Assembly: GCA_002633005.1 (NCBI GenBank)
Contig: NMRA01000415.1
Location: forward strand, 149,091 to 213,090
From: Phoronis australis
Lineage: Eukaryota > Animalia > Phoronida
Direction: 5' to 3'
DNA: 64,000 bases
In this document: positions 23,934-35,600 of the stretch, one piece after another
Position numbering within the stretch: position 1 is the stretch's first letter
How the letters are laid out: every line of letters starts with the position of its first letter
Position numbers and translations under genes: made by a program
Notes under the pieces: model-generated
Database searches by the model: none
What the model was told of the DNA's origin: nothing
The model's input: only the letters and a program-made list of their open reading frames with translations

Positions 23934-26570
23934 CTAATGCCTTCTAGGTAGAGGGGTGTCATCAATGGCTGGACAAGAATCCGGACCTACTTGAACATTA
24001 CCTCGCCTATTTAAAGCCAACTCTCCTACTGTTCTAAGTTCAGTCATGATTTGCTGCACTTGACGAACTGTTGGGTTGTCGTTTGCCCCACCTTTGTGGC
24101 GATAATGCCCAAAGTGTTGCTCCAAGGGGTCCTGATTAAAAGCAGAGGTTAATACAAATGGGGCACCACTGTTCAACAAAAACACAGTCAATTCACAAAT
24201 GGATCGAACACTTAACTCTATACCCTCCAGAGTTTGATTACTCAGAAGCATTTTTGCTTTTTCAGCCTTGCTTAGACCAGGAACATTATTTACTGTTTCA
24301 CGCCACTGTCGAAAGTAACCAAGACAATCGTTCAATAGCCACCTTAACCTGTCATCATTCACACTTCTATATGCATCAACCTGTGGGTTGCGACTCCTGA
24401 CACCTTCATCTAAATTTTTCGTGTTCAGACAGTCAAATAACTTATTCATTATAGAGATAAATTGCACGGTTTTACTAACTTCTGCACCATAGTAAAATTC
24501 TAACGCCTTGGCAACAGTGGCACTCAAAATCTGAGCAGCTAAATTCACCTTCATTCTGGAAAAGGGTGTGAGATACACATGAGTTCTGGTTAACTTGGGG
24601 CATAACGTATACAGATTATTTTCACAGTGCTCTTCAAAGAGCCTAACAATATGACGCCATGTTATTTCTTGCCCATTCCACAAGTTTCTTGATCTGATAT
24701 GGCCACCTGAATTGCTGAAACAGTTGCGAGAAGTTTTCAGCAGGTGAGGTGGGTCTGATATGAAATATAGAAAATAATGATCAGGAGACACGGGATTTAA
24801 ACATTTGTAAATAACTCTATCAAGGTGATGATCAGCCCTAACCCTATGTAAATGAAAAAATTTCCTGTTGGGAGAGGCCCCATCACATGTTATAAATATC
24901 ACCCGAAGGTCAAGGTCAACTTCCAATACCTCTATGGCCTTCCATATTATAGGGTATAAAAAGTAGCTAGAAATCCCATCAGTGGCATAATTAGCTAAAG
25001 GAAACTTCAAGCCAGAAGTGGCACCCCTAACCATAACAACGAGAACATAGCGAGCAACAGTAGCTGCCTGATTTTTTAGTGTGTCCCTAAGCTCCTGCAG
25101 TTGATTTCCTACACTATCAAGGTCCACATATCCTATTAACTCCCCACTATGTTTGTCGTAAACCAGGTCATCCTGTACCTTAACCTCATCTTGTAAAATT
25201 CCGACAAACCGCTTATGAGGCACGTCATAACACCCCTGTTTCTTACACGCATTCTTTAAAAGGCCAAGCACGTCGGGTAGTATTCCACACCCACTTACAG
25301 TAAAATGACTGTAATCATATAAGGTGCGCGAACACGGCAGAGAAATAAATCCACTCGACCTCATGGCTTCATAAGCCTTACTCGACTTGGAACGCAAGTA
25401 CAAACACCAGCGTACTATCATGGGGTGCCAACGCATCCCCTTACCCTTATTGGTCTTATTGTACTTAACTTGCTGCTCCCAAAACAGCCGCTGAAAGCTA
25501 TCGTTTTCCGGGAAGGCAGACTCCACCTCGCCCTGGTGGTCACTAACCATACTAAACAATTGAAAACTGTCAGTCTCAGGTAAAACTAAACCCTGAACTT
25601 GAATCAAAGCATCTATCTGCTTTCGCAAACTCTCCACTTCATGATGTAACTGAGTTCGTATTTTCTTGCTTTCGGCAAGTTTTTGCTTAAGTTCTTTTGG
25701 TGTCATATAGCTCTCCCTTTTTCGACTTGAGATTAAGCCCTCTGACGGAGCATTACGACTTCCAGTAGTACACCTAGAGAGGGATTTGCGCAGAGTGGCA
25801 CTATACAGCCTACACCTAGAACATCTTTGGCCTTGCCAGACAAGAAGTTCACAAGCTACATGTCTAATTGTTGATTGACAATTATACATTTCCCGATAGG
25901 CCTGAATTGACGGTGCCTCACTACCTGATATACCACACCCAACAGGAACTAAGAACTGGAAGTCCTCCCTATCGTTACCACGACACACCTCAAACATAGA
26001 CAATCTATTGAGTAACCTACTTATATCACGGACAGACTTATATAATTTGGGTAAGCCAGTCCAAAAATCACTAGAACCAGGCAACATTTTTGTGTGAACA
26101 TTCACATGTGCAGAAAAATCTCTATGTATAGTCACTGAGACGTTCACAGAGGGGTTGATACTTTCAATCAGACTGACATACTGTATACAACTATACTTCG
26201 AGTAGTAAAAATAGCCCTCTGGTGGCTCAAGGTTTTTCACACACTCTCTCAGTTTTTCATAAGCGGAGTCCTTGTACAAAACATCAGTGTCTGTGTCTGG
26301 ACTTACGAGAACTGGGCCACTGTCCAAGATTACATAAAACTCGTCTGCATGATGACCATCAAGGTCCATCTTTTCTTCATGGACGTACCCACTGCCAACA
26401 TCATTGAAATTGGGAATTTCCCAAAACGATGAACCAACTGAAGGATGTGGCAACTGTTCGGGTGGCAGACTCACACATGAATACGGATGTTCAGCATGTC
26501 TCGTGACCACTCTTCCTTTTTTTCTCCTTACTGCGATGCCAAACTTTTTACGTTTTGGCGGTTTTGGCAT
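23934..26570 (-). CDS. P-element/THAP9-family transposase (about 878 aa), lacking THAP and C-terminal domains
   Basis: Uninterrupted ORF. ATG at 26570 lies just after the acceptor TGTGTTTCAG (the ORF-track start at 26612 is TTG). Motifs: WHPMIVRWCLYL..SSKAYEAMR..LPCSRTL (HTH), ILQDEVKV (D1), ITCDGASPN (D2), SDPPHLLK (DxxH), RMKVNLAAQILS (GTP-binding insertion), NQDPLEQHFG (E), GGANDNP. Confidence 0.95.
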   Translation of the reverse strand: MPKPPKRKKFGIAVRRKKGRVVTRHAEHPYSCVSLPPEQLPHPSVGSSFWEIPNFNDVGSGYVHEEKMDLDGHHADEFYVILDSGPVLVSPDTDTDVLYKDSAYEKLRECVKNLEPPEGYFYYSKYSCIQYVSLIESINPSVNVSVTIHRDFSAHVNVHTKMLPGSSDFWTGLPKLYKSVRDISRLLNRLSMFEVCRGNDREDFQFLVPVGCGISGSEAPSIQAYREMYNCQSTIRHVACELLVWQGQRCSRCRLYSATLRKSLSRCTTGSRNAPSEGLISSRKRESYMTPKELKQKLAESKKIRTQLHHEVESLRKQIDALIQVQGLVLPETDSFQLFSMVSDHQGEVESAFPENDSFQRLFWEQQVKYNKTNKGKGMRWHPMIVRWCLYLRSKSSKAYEAMRSSGFISLPCSRTLYDYSHFTVSGCGILPDVLGLLKNACKKQGCYDVPHKRFVGILQDEVKVQDDLVYDKHSGELIGYVDLDSVGNQLQELRDTLKNQAATVARYVLVVMVRGATSGLKFPLANYATDGISSYFLYPIIWKAIEVLEVDLDLRVIFITCDGASPNRKFFHLHRVRADHHLDRVIYKCLNPVSPDHYFLYFISDPPHLLKTSRNCFSNSGGHIRSRNLWNGQEITWRHIVRLFEEHCENNLYTLCPKLTRTHVYLTPFSRMKVNLAAQILSATVAKALEFYYGAEVSKTVQFISIMNKLFDCLNTKNLDEGVRSRNPQVDAYRSVNDDRLRWLLNDCLGYFRQWRETVNNVPGLSKAEKAKMLLSNQTLEGIELSVRSICELTVFLLNSGAPFVLTSAFNQDPLEQHFGHYRHKGGANDNPTVRQVQQIMTELRTVGELALNRRGNVQVGPDSCPAIDDTPLPRRH

Positions 26571-28143
26571 CTTCTGAAACACAGAATGTTGCAATATGTG
26601 AAGTCTCTTCAAAATATTGATCTTTATGTCAAACAGTCACTTTTACATAACTTTTCAATACTTAAAAGTAGACCCATAAAACTATACATTTTGAAATCCT
26701 TGAGGATCCTCAGGGATTTGAAAAATATACATTTTGTGGGTCTATTATCAGGGCTCGATGCTATAAAAATCAGTCCCGGGTAATATCATCAAGGCCTAGG
26801 ATCTTTCATAACCGCCGGGAATCTATTTAGATCTTTTACGATAAAGAACGAGATGCACAATTCCAAGTCACGGTCGTCTGCCGGGAGTGTGGCTTGTGCG
26901 CTAACAACGGCACCGACCAGTGCCGCAGAGCAACATGAGGGATTTTGTCGTGGATATTTGATAATAAGGACATCTTACTTGAAAAATAAATTTATTTTCC
27001 ATCACAAAGTTTGTCAAGTTTGATTGTCTAGGACTTAGTAGAAACACCTGTCCTTTTATCAAACATTATGCTGTGGTCCGAAACTCTCTTCGGCACAGCC
27101 AGAAATTTGCAAAAGTAGCCAAAAATGAAATGCGTTGAAGATCAATTCTGCAGTATCCCATGTTCACGCGACATGCTTATAAGTCATCAGGTGGGCTTTT
27201 CTTGGTTAATGTTCTTTTGAATTTGATTTGGCAACAACCAAATAATGGTCGGATTCATGCAAGTTACTATATACCTGCCAAGAAGTGTATGTTGGAAATT
27301 CTAGGTTGCATTTTACAACTTGATACGACATGGCAAAATCTCAGCTTGAATTTCCAAATTTCAGATCGCAAATGCGACCAGCTGGTCATTATGTCAAGTC
27401 CTGATTATTAATAATTGAAGTTATACAAGAAATTGGATCCTTATTAATGAACATAGGCAGTAACTTTAAGGACATTCACAACTGACAGTAAAATCAAACC
27501 GCTCAGAATGGAGGTGATTGAATAAAGCTGCAACAATAAAGCCAAGAAAAACTTACCTTATTAAGCCCAAGTCAAACAGAACCTTAGTTTCCCCAATTTT
27601 CCCCACTTCTTGAGAGCTAAAGTATTTTGATTCTGAAACAAATATTTAAATTCAGAACAATAATATACAGTTTGGTTTGCAGCAGCTAGCAGCTGACCTA
27701 CATTCGAATTACAATAAAGTCGACAATAGAGTAACAGTCAGCACTTGGTGGTCTGTGACCAGCGGCAGATGTAGGCGGCCATCTTGGATTTCAATCACAT
27801 TATTTCCTTAAACTTTTTTGAAGTTTTTATCAACTAATTAAGATTTTTTGTGATAAAACGGCTCCGTCACACCAAAATATCAATATCACTTTAACTGAAA
27901 TTGCATAAATATGACACTCAACAACGCAAACGAATTTCTGAATAATGTTACAAAATTCACGATTTCCGTGTTGATACAGACGCAGTTAAGGCATTTACAA
28001 TCAATTCCAATATTACGCGCATTTTTTATCTTCGTTTGTAGGAAAAAAACGAAAACAATAAAAAAATGGACTTCGTCACACAGTAAAACAAAGTCAACTG
28101 TTCACGATATTGGTTATTTCAATNNNNNNNNNNNNNNNNNNNN

Positions 28144-29481
28144 CCTTCGAAACATATTCTAGAAAAACTGAACTTAGTGTACGTTTTTAAATTCCTCTGG
28201 CAAGGTCGCAGTGACAAGATTACGAGCGCTCCCGAGCTGTTTGTAATTATAATGAAGGAGGTATCAGAAGGATTAACATATTTTCATTCTGTCAGGCTTT
28301 AAAGATTAACATGTTAACAAAATTTGTAAACGGTCAGTCAGGCTGCCTGTTTGTTTCATTTGATTTTTCCTGAATTTAGAAATTTCGCAAAGCATGGAGT
28401 TGACTTTCCCAAGATAAAGTTGCCCATTGACAATCACTTCTGGAAAGATTTTTTTTGAATGTGTAATCTCCTTTGGAAATTGTTTGAAGATCAAAAATCA
28501 GATAGATTTTCTTAACCAACCTTTATGGTTTAGCAGTGATCTACAGGCAGGATCAAAAAGTATTTTCTACAGGAACTAATGCAATAGAGGCATAGTCTTT
28601 ATAAAGGACTTGTTTTCCCCATACGGTAACATTTTGAACTATAGATCTATTGTGGATGTTTTAGGTATCAAAATGAACTTTATGGAGTACATGCCCTGAT
28701 AGTCTAATTTCAGTGATATTTAAGTACAAACAGAAATGTGCTACTGATAGAGTTGTTAGTTTTGATGCGTATTGTCCTGTTATGCCTACGATTTTAATGA
28801 AACTGAAAAGTGGTGAGAGAGGGTGTCAACATACCTGTACACAATTAAATTATAGTTCCGAAGTTTCAAAAGCGGAGTCACAATGGACCAACGAACTGAA
28901 AGTAAACACAACTAATTTTTCACGGGAAGAGTGTTTAACACGAACAACAAGAGACCCACGAATTAGGTGGCTTCGGTTCTTGATGAGAATTTTGACTACT
29001 AACTCATTTTCAAAAATAATTCAAGTTACGGATGACCACTCTTGTTCCTTTTGTGGACAATCGAAAGAGACTTTGAAACACTTAGTATTCAAATAGTAGG
29101 CAATTGGGCCGTCAAACAGTTGGACAAAAGTTAATAACGAAATTCTAAACAAATTAAGCAAATCCCCAGTGTGTCGGCACTCTATTCTGCAACAACGTTA
29201 TTTTTGGCTTTTTTGATAAAAAAGAAAAATTTAAAAACATTGTTTTATTATTCGGGGTAAACAGTTTATGATACCCAAAAGGCGGGGGGGTGCGAGGGGA
29301 GAGACCCGAAGGCGCCTTTAATTGTCCGAGAGCAAACCGTTATGCCAAAGCATAGGGCTCGGAGGATTCGTGGTGATCAGGCGATACATATATAGATCAA
29401 GAAACATGTATAATAAATTGTTAGCATATAGAAATGTCTATCCCGTCCTGATGAGACAACGTGGTACTGCCTGGGTGATTT
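28144..29481 (+). repeat. 1.34-kb direct duplication, copy 2 (degenerate LINE plus sequence upstream of PPT2)
   Basis: Near-identical to 19485-20824 and starts right at the edge of the N-gap. Confidence 0.95.
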
Positions 29482-29605
29482 GCACCAGCTGGCCCCGCGT
29501 GGCAGGAAATCATCGCGTTATCTGCTGACCTGATGTTCTTTTGTTGCTCCGTTGTGGCGGAAGCTGACCAACCTTTGACCTCACTTGTTGACTTATTTAG
29601 ACACA

Positions 29606-32600
29606 ATGTGGTCGACACGAAAACCCAGACCTTTCTCATTGTTTCTCAGTGTTTTCCTTACATTTTGCGCTCTTGATCCGACTTCTGGGTACAAACCAGT
29701 TATCTACATGCATGGAATTCTAGCATCAGGACATAAAGAAGGAAACCCGTTTACAGATATGGTTGTACAGGTACTTCATTAAATTTGTTTCTCACTACTG
29801 ATAGCGAACAGTTTCACACAGTCACAGGTGATGATGGTTTACCGTATAGGTTCTAAGATACTAAGCTGCTGGAGTTTTATGAATATCCTTCCTCCAACTG
29901 AAGTGGGTTGCTCTATCTGACCCCAGTAGACTGCTTGGAGCAGCTAGAGACGGCGGTTACTGTCTACTCTGAACGATGAACTCAGTAAACGAGGTGTCTC
30001 CAGTAGGCCTAGGCCAAGGGTTATTCTTGGTAAGTTAGAGTTAGAGTGACCAATCACCAATGTCTTCTAGTCTAGGTAGCCCAGGCATTAGAGGTGGTAT
30101 AGTTGCTATAGGAGCTTCATACGCGTGAGGTTTTCAGCGAAGTATGCCTCACACTGACACATAGGGGGACACCTGGCTTAATTAGGAGGCCGTCGATGTC
30201 TTTAATTCCTTCCAGCTCGCACAAATACTCCTGTTATCAAACTTTTTCTTCAAGCAGTCCTTCGTTCAGTTCCTAAAATCTATATCTTGCCATTTTTAAC
30301 AGGTGGTGTGACGTCATACCACCTGGTGGCCACTGCTTGGGTAATCACTCACCCCCAACTTAAGTTTTGCCAATTTTCGGTTTAAGCGCCCGCTGCTTGG
30401 GTAATCGTCCACCCCCTGTCTCAGGGTTTCCGAATTTAAGCACCCAGGGCATTAATCCACGAGTTTACGGTATGTTCTCTCTACAACGGAAAATTCAGAC
30501 TTGATGGGAATCATAAATTCATGGACATATAATTGGTATTAAGTCCTTATTCATGCCATGAAGGATTAATTGTAAAGTCATGAAACGTATGACTACTGAA
30601 CTCACCAGCAGACACTAGGTGCCAAACTATTTGGAGCACCGAGTTTTTCAATAGCCCTGAATTTCCCCTCGAAGGTTATTGTTATCTGCTTGGGAGTCGA
30701 CTTCAGGTACAACAAGTCATGTGACTTTCAAACTGGAGAGTGCATTGGCTGTGTGACTGTATTGAATTTCACACGAATGCACATGAAGTTTATCTCCGAG
30801 GCCCAAAATTTCAAGCTAAAGGAAAATATATGAGGTGTGATCTGAATGGTGTTGAAGCGGTTTTTCAAATCTACAAGATCAAACTCGTTTTCAAATTGAG
30901 TTTTCAAAAATATGGCGGGTGGGCTGAACTCAATGGTTACAACCAAAATTTAAACTCGTTACTGTGACGACAGGCTGTAGAGAGTACTGCATGTTTCTAA
31001 CTTGAGCTCCAAATCCCAGTTTGAATTGGTACATGGTAATTTTCCACTTACCACAGAAATTTTTTTGCCAAATTGTCATTCCTTTCTAGTTTTCAAAGTC
31101 CAATTACTTTGCTGAAAATGATTGGAAACCTTGCCAATTGTTAATAATTTTATGGCATGTACACGACACAGTACAAAACATGGTGAAACATGCTGCCTTT
31201 ACTACAAATTTGTTACCTTTATTTTTATGGAGACATTTGAATCTCACTTGTGATCTTTATCACTGGTAATTGCGTGCTGACTGATACTTCCGGCTTTGAC
31301 TGTCTACTGTATTGTGTTTGTGGTGCACTTCTGAAAATGAAACCATCAATAGATGATCTAAACTGGAACAAGGAAGTTTGAAGAAAGTATACAGTGTAGT
31401 TATTCATCCAGGAGGGGTTGCTCAGTTTTCATCAGGGATTAGGGATTCCTACGTTTTTTATGTTTAATATCCTTTAAAACAAAGTGGTCGTTATATGCAA
31501 TCCTGAGGCTATGAAGTGGACACAGTACAATCCGAGATTTAAATAAGCTATCATCCCGTCATGGTGCGTGGAAGATTTCTATGCATAATAGGTACCTTTT
31601 GCTTAAACTGAAACTATTTTAGTGAATTTCTGAGACGCCTTAATAGGAATTTCAGAGGTTTGTTGCGTTCAGGCATTTCGACCGTTCTGAAGAAGTTAAG
31701 TGGCTATTCTTGGGCAGTCTGCTTTGATCGCTGGTTTCTTGCGTGCCGCTAGGTGGTCAGTAGTCAGCAAGCAGGTTAATTTTCCTCAGGAAATTTTTTT
31801 ACACTGGCATTTCTGATTGGCTAGTCGAATTCTCAACAGGCAGCGCTTTACGCAAACAAACTGGCATGACTGATGGACTGAAGAGTAAATGTGGTCAAGA
31901 GTAAATGTGGTCTGTTGTACAGACAAATCGGTGCATAAAATTTATGTTCAGGAAATGTGAATCCTAGAAATTGTGGTTGCGCCTTTTCGGAGTGCATCTT
32001 TCTACTTTTGTTGATGATACTGTCCTGTATTCATTCAGTGTGAATAACACACGGGTCAAATCGGCGAGATATGTGTTAATTGTGCATATATGTGCTTCAA
32101 GCACGCGGCTATTAAACATTACTGCAGAAACAAAATAGTTGCTGCAACGCCACTTGCATGACAGGGCTGAAAATCGTTCACACTCCGCCATTTTCTCATG
32201 GTGCTTTAAGCTAACCAATGACTGCTGAGGTTACATCAACCAATGCTAAAGCGCGTGCCACTGCGTGATACCTGGTGCTGGCTAGGCACGTAGGGAACCA
32301 GTGAGTCTGCTTTGGTGAAACTGCATTATGGGAAGTTGAATCGTTCAGCCGCTATGTTCTTTTTTTTAAATTTATTTTCATTTCATTCATCCTGGTACGT
32401 TGATGGACACTCTAATTGTAGCCGCACTAGCCAGTAAGATATTTCCTGTCTGCATTATGTACCTATAAAAGTCACAAGGAGTCTTTGTATCAAATTTCTT
32501 AACTTTACAAGTCATAATGTTGGCTTGTGTGACTATAATAACTAGTGTCAACAGTTTGTTCTTGGAGTAGTAAGCTCTGTTGCTTGCGCTTGTGGGGTAC

Positions 32601-35600
32601 CACCAAACATTCAAGATCCAGATCACGCTTATGGCTGGTAAAATAAAAAATGGTTACAATAAACCGTATGATTAGCAAGTTCCACTCGGCACAATTACAT
32701 TTGGAGGGTATTCATTGTAGGATTGTTCCATCGAGACGCGTTGTTTTATTATTTGCAATTTTTTATTTAAATTTGGGACACATGTTCACCATTTTGATAT
32801 AAATTCGGAGTATCAGCTCAGACTAAGTGGGTACAAAATAGGATGGGTGATTACAATTTTTGCTCAGCATAAATTTCTGTTTGTACATTCTGCACAGTAT
32901 ACGGTGACAAGATTTTTAAAAGTCTTTACACTGCAGAAGAACCAGGTATGATTTGCATATACCCTTTTTCCAGATGGGGTGTAAATGTCGGTCATGTTTT
33001 AATTCGCCCTTCGATAGGTATAGATGTGCGATTCAATTCTAGCTCTTGGCATAAACACAGGTTGCATGTTTTCATTTTGACCTGGTATAAATATCGTCCC
33101 ATATTTGGAACCTCAACAACAACACCCACCCCTCCACAAATTATAAAAGCGGATTCTCCATGGCTCTACTCCTTTTGTCTGGTCAACCTTTATTTTGTTT
33201 ATCTGCCCACAACCAGACACCACTATACCACAAGGGGTCAGCACTCAACACCCACTCAGTTGACAAAACGTCCGAGTCAACTCCTCCTGTGACAAAGTGC
33301 CCCCCTCCAGGTTTTATCACTTTGTGTTGTGAATGAATTAACCCTGGTCCTGAATCTTGTTCATGTAATGACAAAAGAGCAAATCATGGCTTGTTCAGGG
33401 GTTTGAATACTGAAACCAGGAAGTGAAGTCTGGTTTCATTACTGTAGTATACATAACTTGTCTAGTTCCTGATTGAACCATTTCACAGGCACGATGATGC
33501 CAGCAAAGCACATCGCTGTGCTCCTTCTTCTTGTTTGTTCCGAGTTGTCTCTGCAGGGGTTGTGTGCGAGAAATGTAATTTACATGCATGGACTCTTCAG
33601 CAACGCCAGGGAGGGACGAATATTTAGAAAAATGGTGGAGAAAGTTAGTGTGACATTTTATTACATTTGGAGAAGTTTCTTCTTATGGGCTTCAATTAGA
33701 AAAATGCATGATTCCTTTAAATTTGAATTGTTGATAGTGATTCTTGGTAAGTAGGTACTAGTCCTTGCTGTGATCAAATGGTGTCGCTGGAATATCTCAC
33801 AAATTTAGGACACCATGTGACAGACAATTGAAATTTTACTTACCTTAAAGTCTTACCATTATTTAAGACACATTGTGGCTGACAAATGAAATTTTGTTTG
33901 CTCATTTTTCCATCGGAAGGTATGTAGCACCAAATGGAAGGTTTTCCATGTTTGTGTTTTGTGCCGTCACGACCAGTATCACCTGATGTTTTGAGAAAAT
34001 TTGGACATTCACAGCAATGTTAGAAGACGTTGAAAATGAAAAAAGGCAGTATTTTTGTCCAAAATTGGTGAGATTTCCATAAAAGGTTAGGGATATTTCA
34101 AACCTTTGTTTTCAAAAATTGACTGTTTTTACAATATATCACATATGTCTAGCAAAATACCTTATTTTCATAACGTGTAGCGAAAAAAAATATTTAGCAG
34201 AAGAGTGAAGAGTTTAATAAATCACGGAAGACTTGGTGAAATCGCAAAAGAAAGTGGGTGTTTTAAAATTACAGAAATTTTGTTTTGAACTTTTGCCAAT
34301 GCTCAGTTAGAAATTTTGACAACTTGTTTTTAAAACAAGATTAGTTTTACTATTTACAATTATTAATTTTTGCTAATTATTATTCATTATCGTTATTATT
34401 ATCTTTCCAAAAACTTACAGTGAATTGAGACAAAAATAATCTCAGGAATTGTCTGTTTTTATTTTTGAAAACTTCTAAAAATGTAAGCTGTAGACTCAGC
34501 ACTGCAGCCTGACATGGTAACTTTGGCACAGAAATGGAATCAGCTGTTGGCTCTGCTACGGAACCGAGAAGTGGTAAAGATGGATTTCCTTAGAAATTTT
34601 GCTATAAGACAGAAAAACATGGATGCTGTAAAATTTTGCCAATTTCGGACAAAGGTAGTTCTCTTGACAAAATTTGTCGTTTTCAATTTTCTAAGGCTTC
34701 TAAGTACATTGTTATGAACGGAAAAATGGTAAAGTTTGAAAGTAATTTCTTTAGAAGTGAGGGTGCAAGACGAAAAAACATTCATGTTACTGTAAAGTTT
34801 TACTGATTCTGAACAAGAATAATTGACAAAATTTGTCTTTTTCATATTTCAAAGGCTTCTAACATTAGTCCCTTTAAGACATCAACTTTTGGCCGGGCGC
34901 AACTGACACGGAGCAAATTGACCCGTGTCAAGCGGCCGTTTATGCACACTTCTCAGTAAATGTGGCAAGACGGAAATTGCAGGATGGAGAGACTGGATCG
35001 CACATGCTCAGGTTTAGAAATGACGAGTGTTGCAGAGACAAAGAATATGTACGTAGGTCATTAGGCAAGCGCAGTAGAGATACTCCTTTCCGCCTTGCCC
35101 CATTTTCACGTTTAGACGACCGTGTAATTGACACTGAGCCAGATGTTCGGGCGCAAATTGTTCTACCTCACAAACGGGTGGCAAAATTTGTCACCGCTGT
35201 GTCAATTTGCTCCGTGTCAGTCCCGTTTACACTCTGGAACAACTTGTTCAGTGTCAGCTGATCCGTGTCAGTTTTTGAAGTGTAAACGGCACTATAGTTA
35301 TGAATGCCAACCATTTCTCAAAATCGTCTGATGGTGGCAATGGTGTAGGTTTTTAATAATGGAAGGTATTTATCTGGTGCTACTTGTACATGTATTTTAC
35401 GAAAAAATGAAATCCGATTTTTTTATATTTTTGGATTACCCTGTTTAACAGTCTTGCTTATTGATAACGATAAGATAAAACTTCACTTGTCCACCATGTT
35501 GTATGATCCTAAATTAGTAAGATTTTCTTTAGTTGTTAAATATTTAACAATTTCCTTTTAGTCTCACCCTGGGACAAACGTCACAGTTATTGATGCATTT

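Larger units (their letters stand above)
20839..28123. mobile_element. P-element superfamily DNA transposon with two convergent genes; right end hidden in the N-gap
   Basis: Contains a P-type transposase (-) and a partner gene (+). Candidate left terminus CATAGGGAGTGGAAAC at 20839, 14 bp after the flanking duplication ends. No matching inverted copy is seen before the gap, so the boundaries are inferred. Confidence 0.7.

Noticed and set aside
32387-32450. HPGT-encoding stretch as a second PPT2 exon 2
   Set aside because: No AG acceptor and no further similarity.
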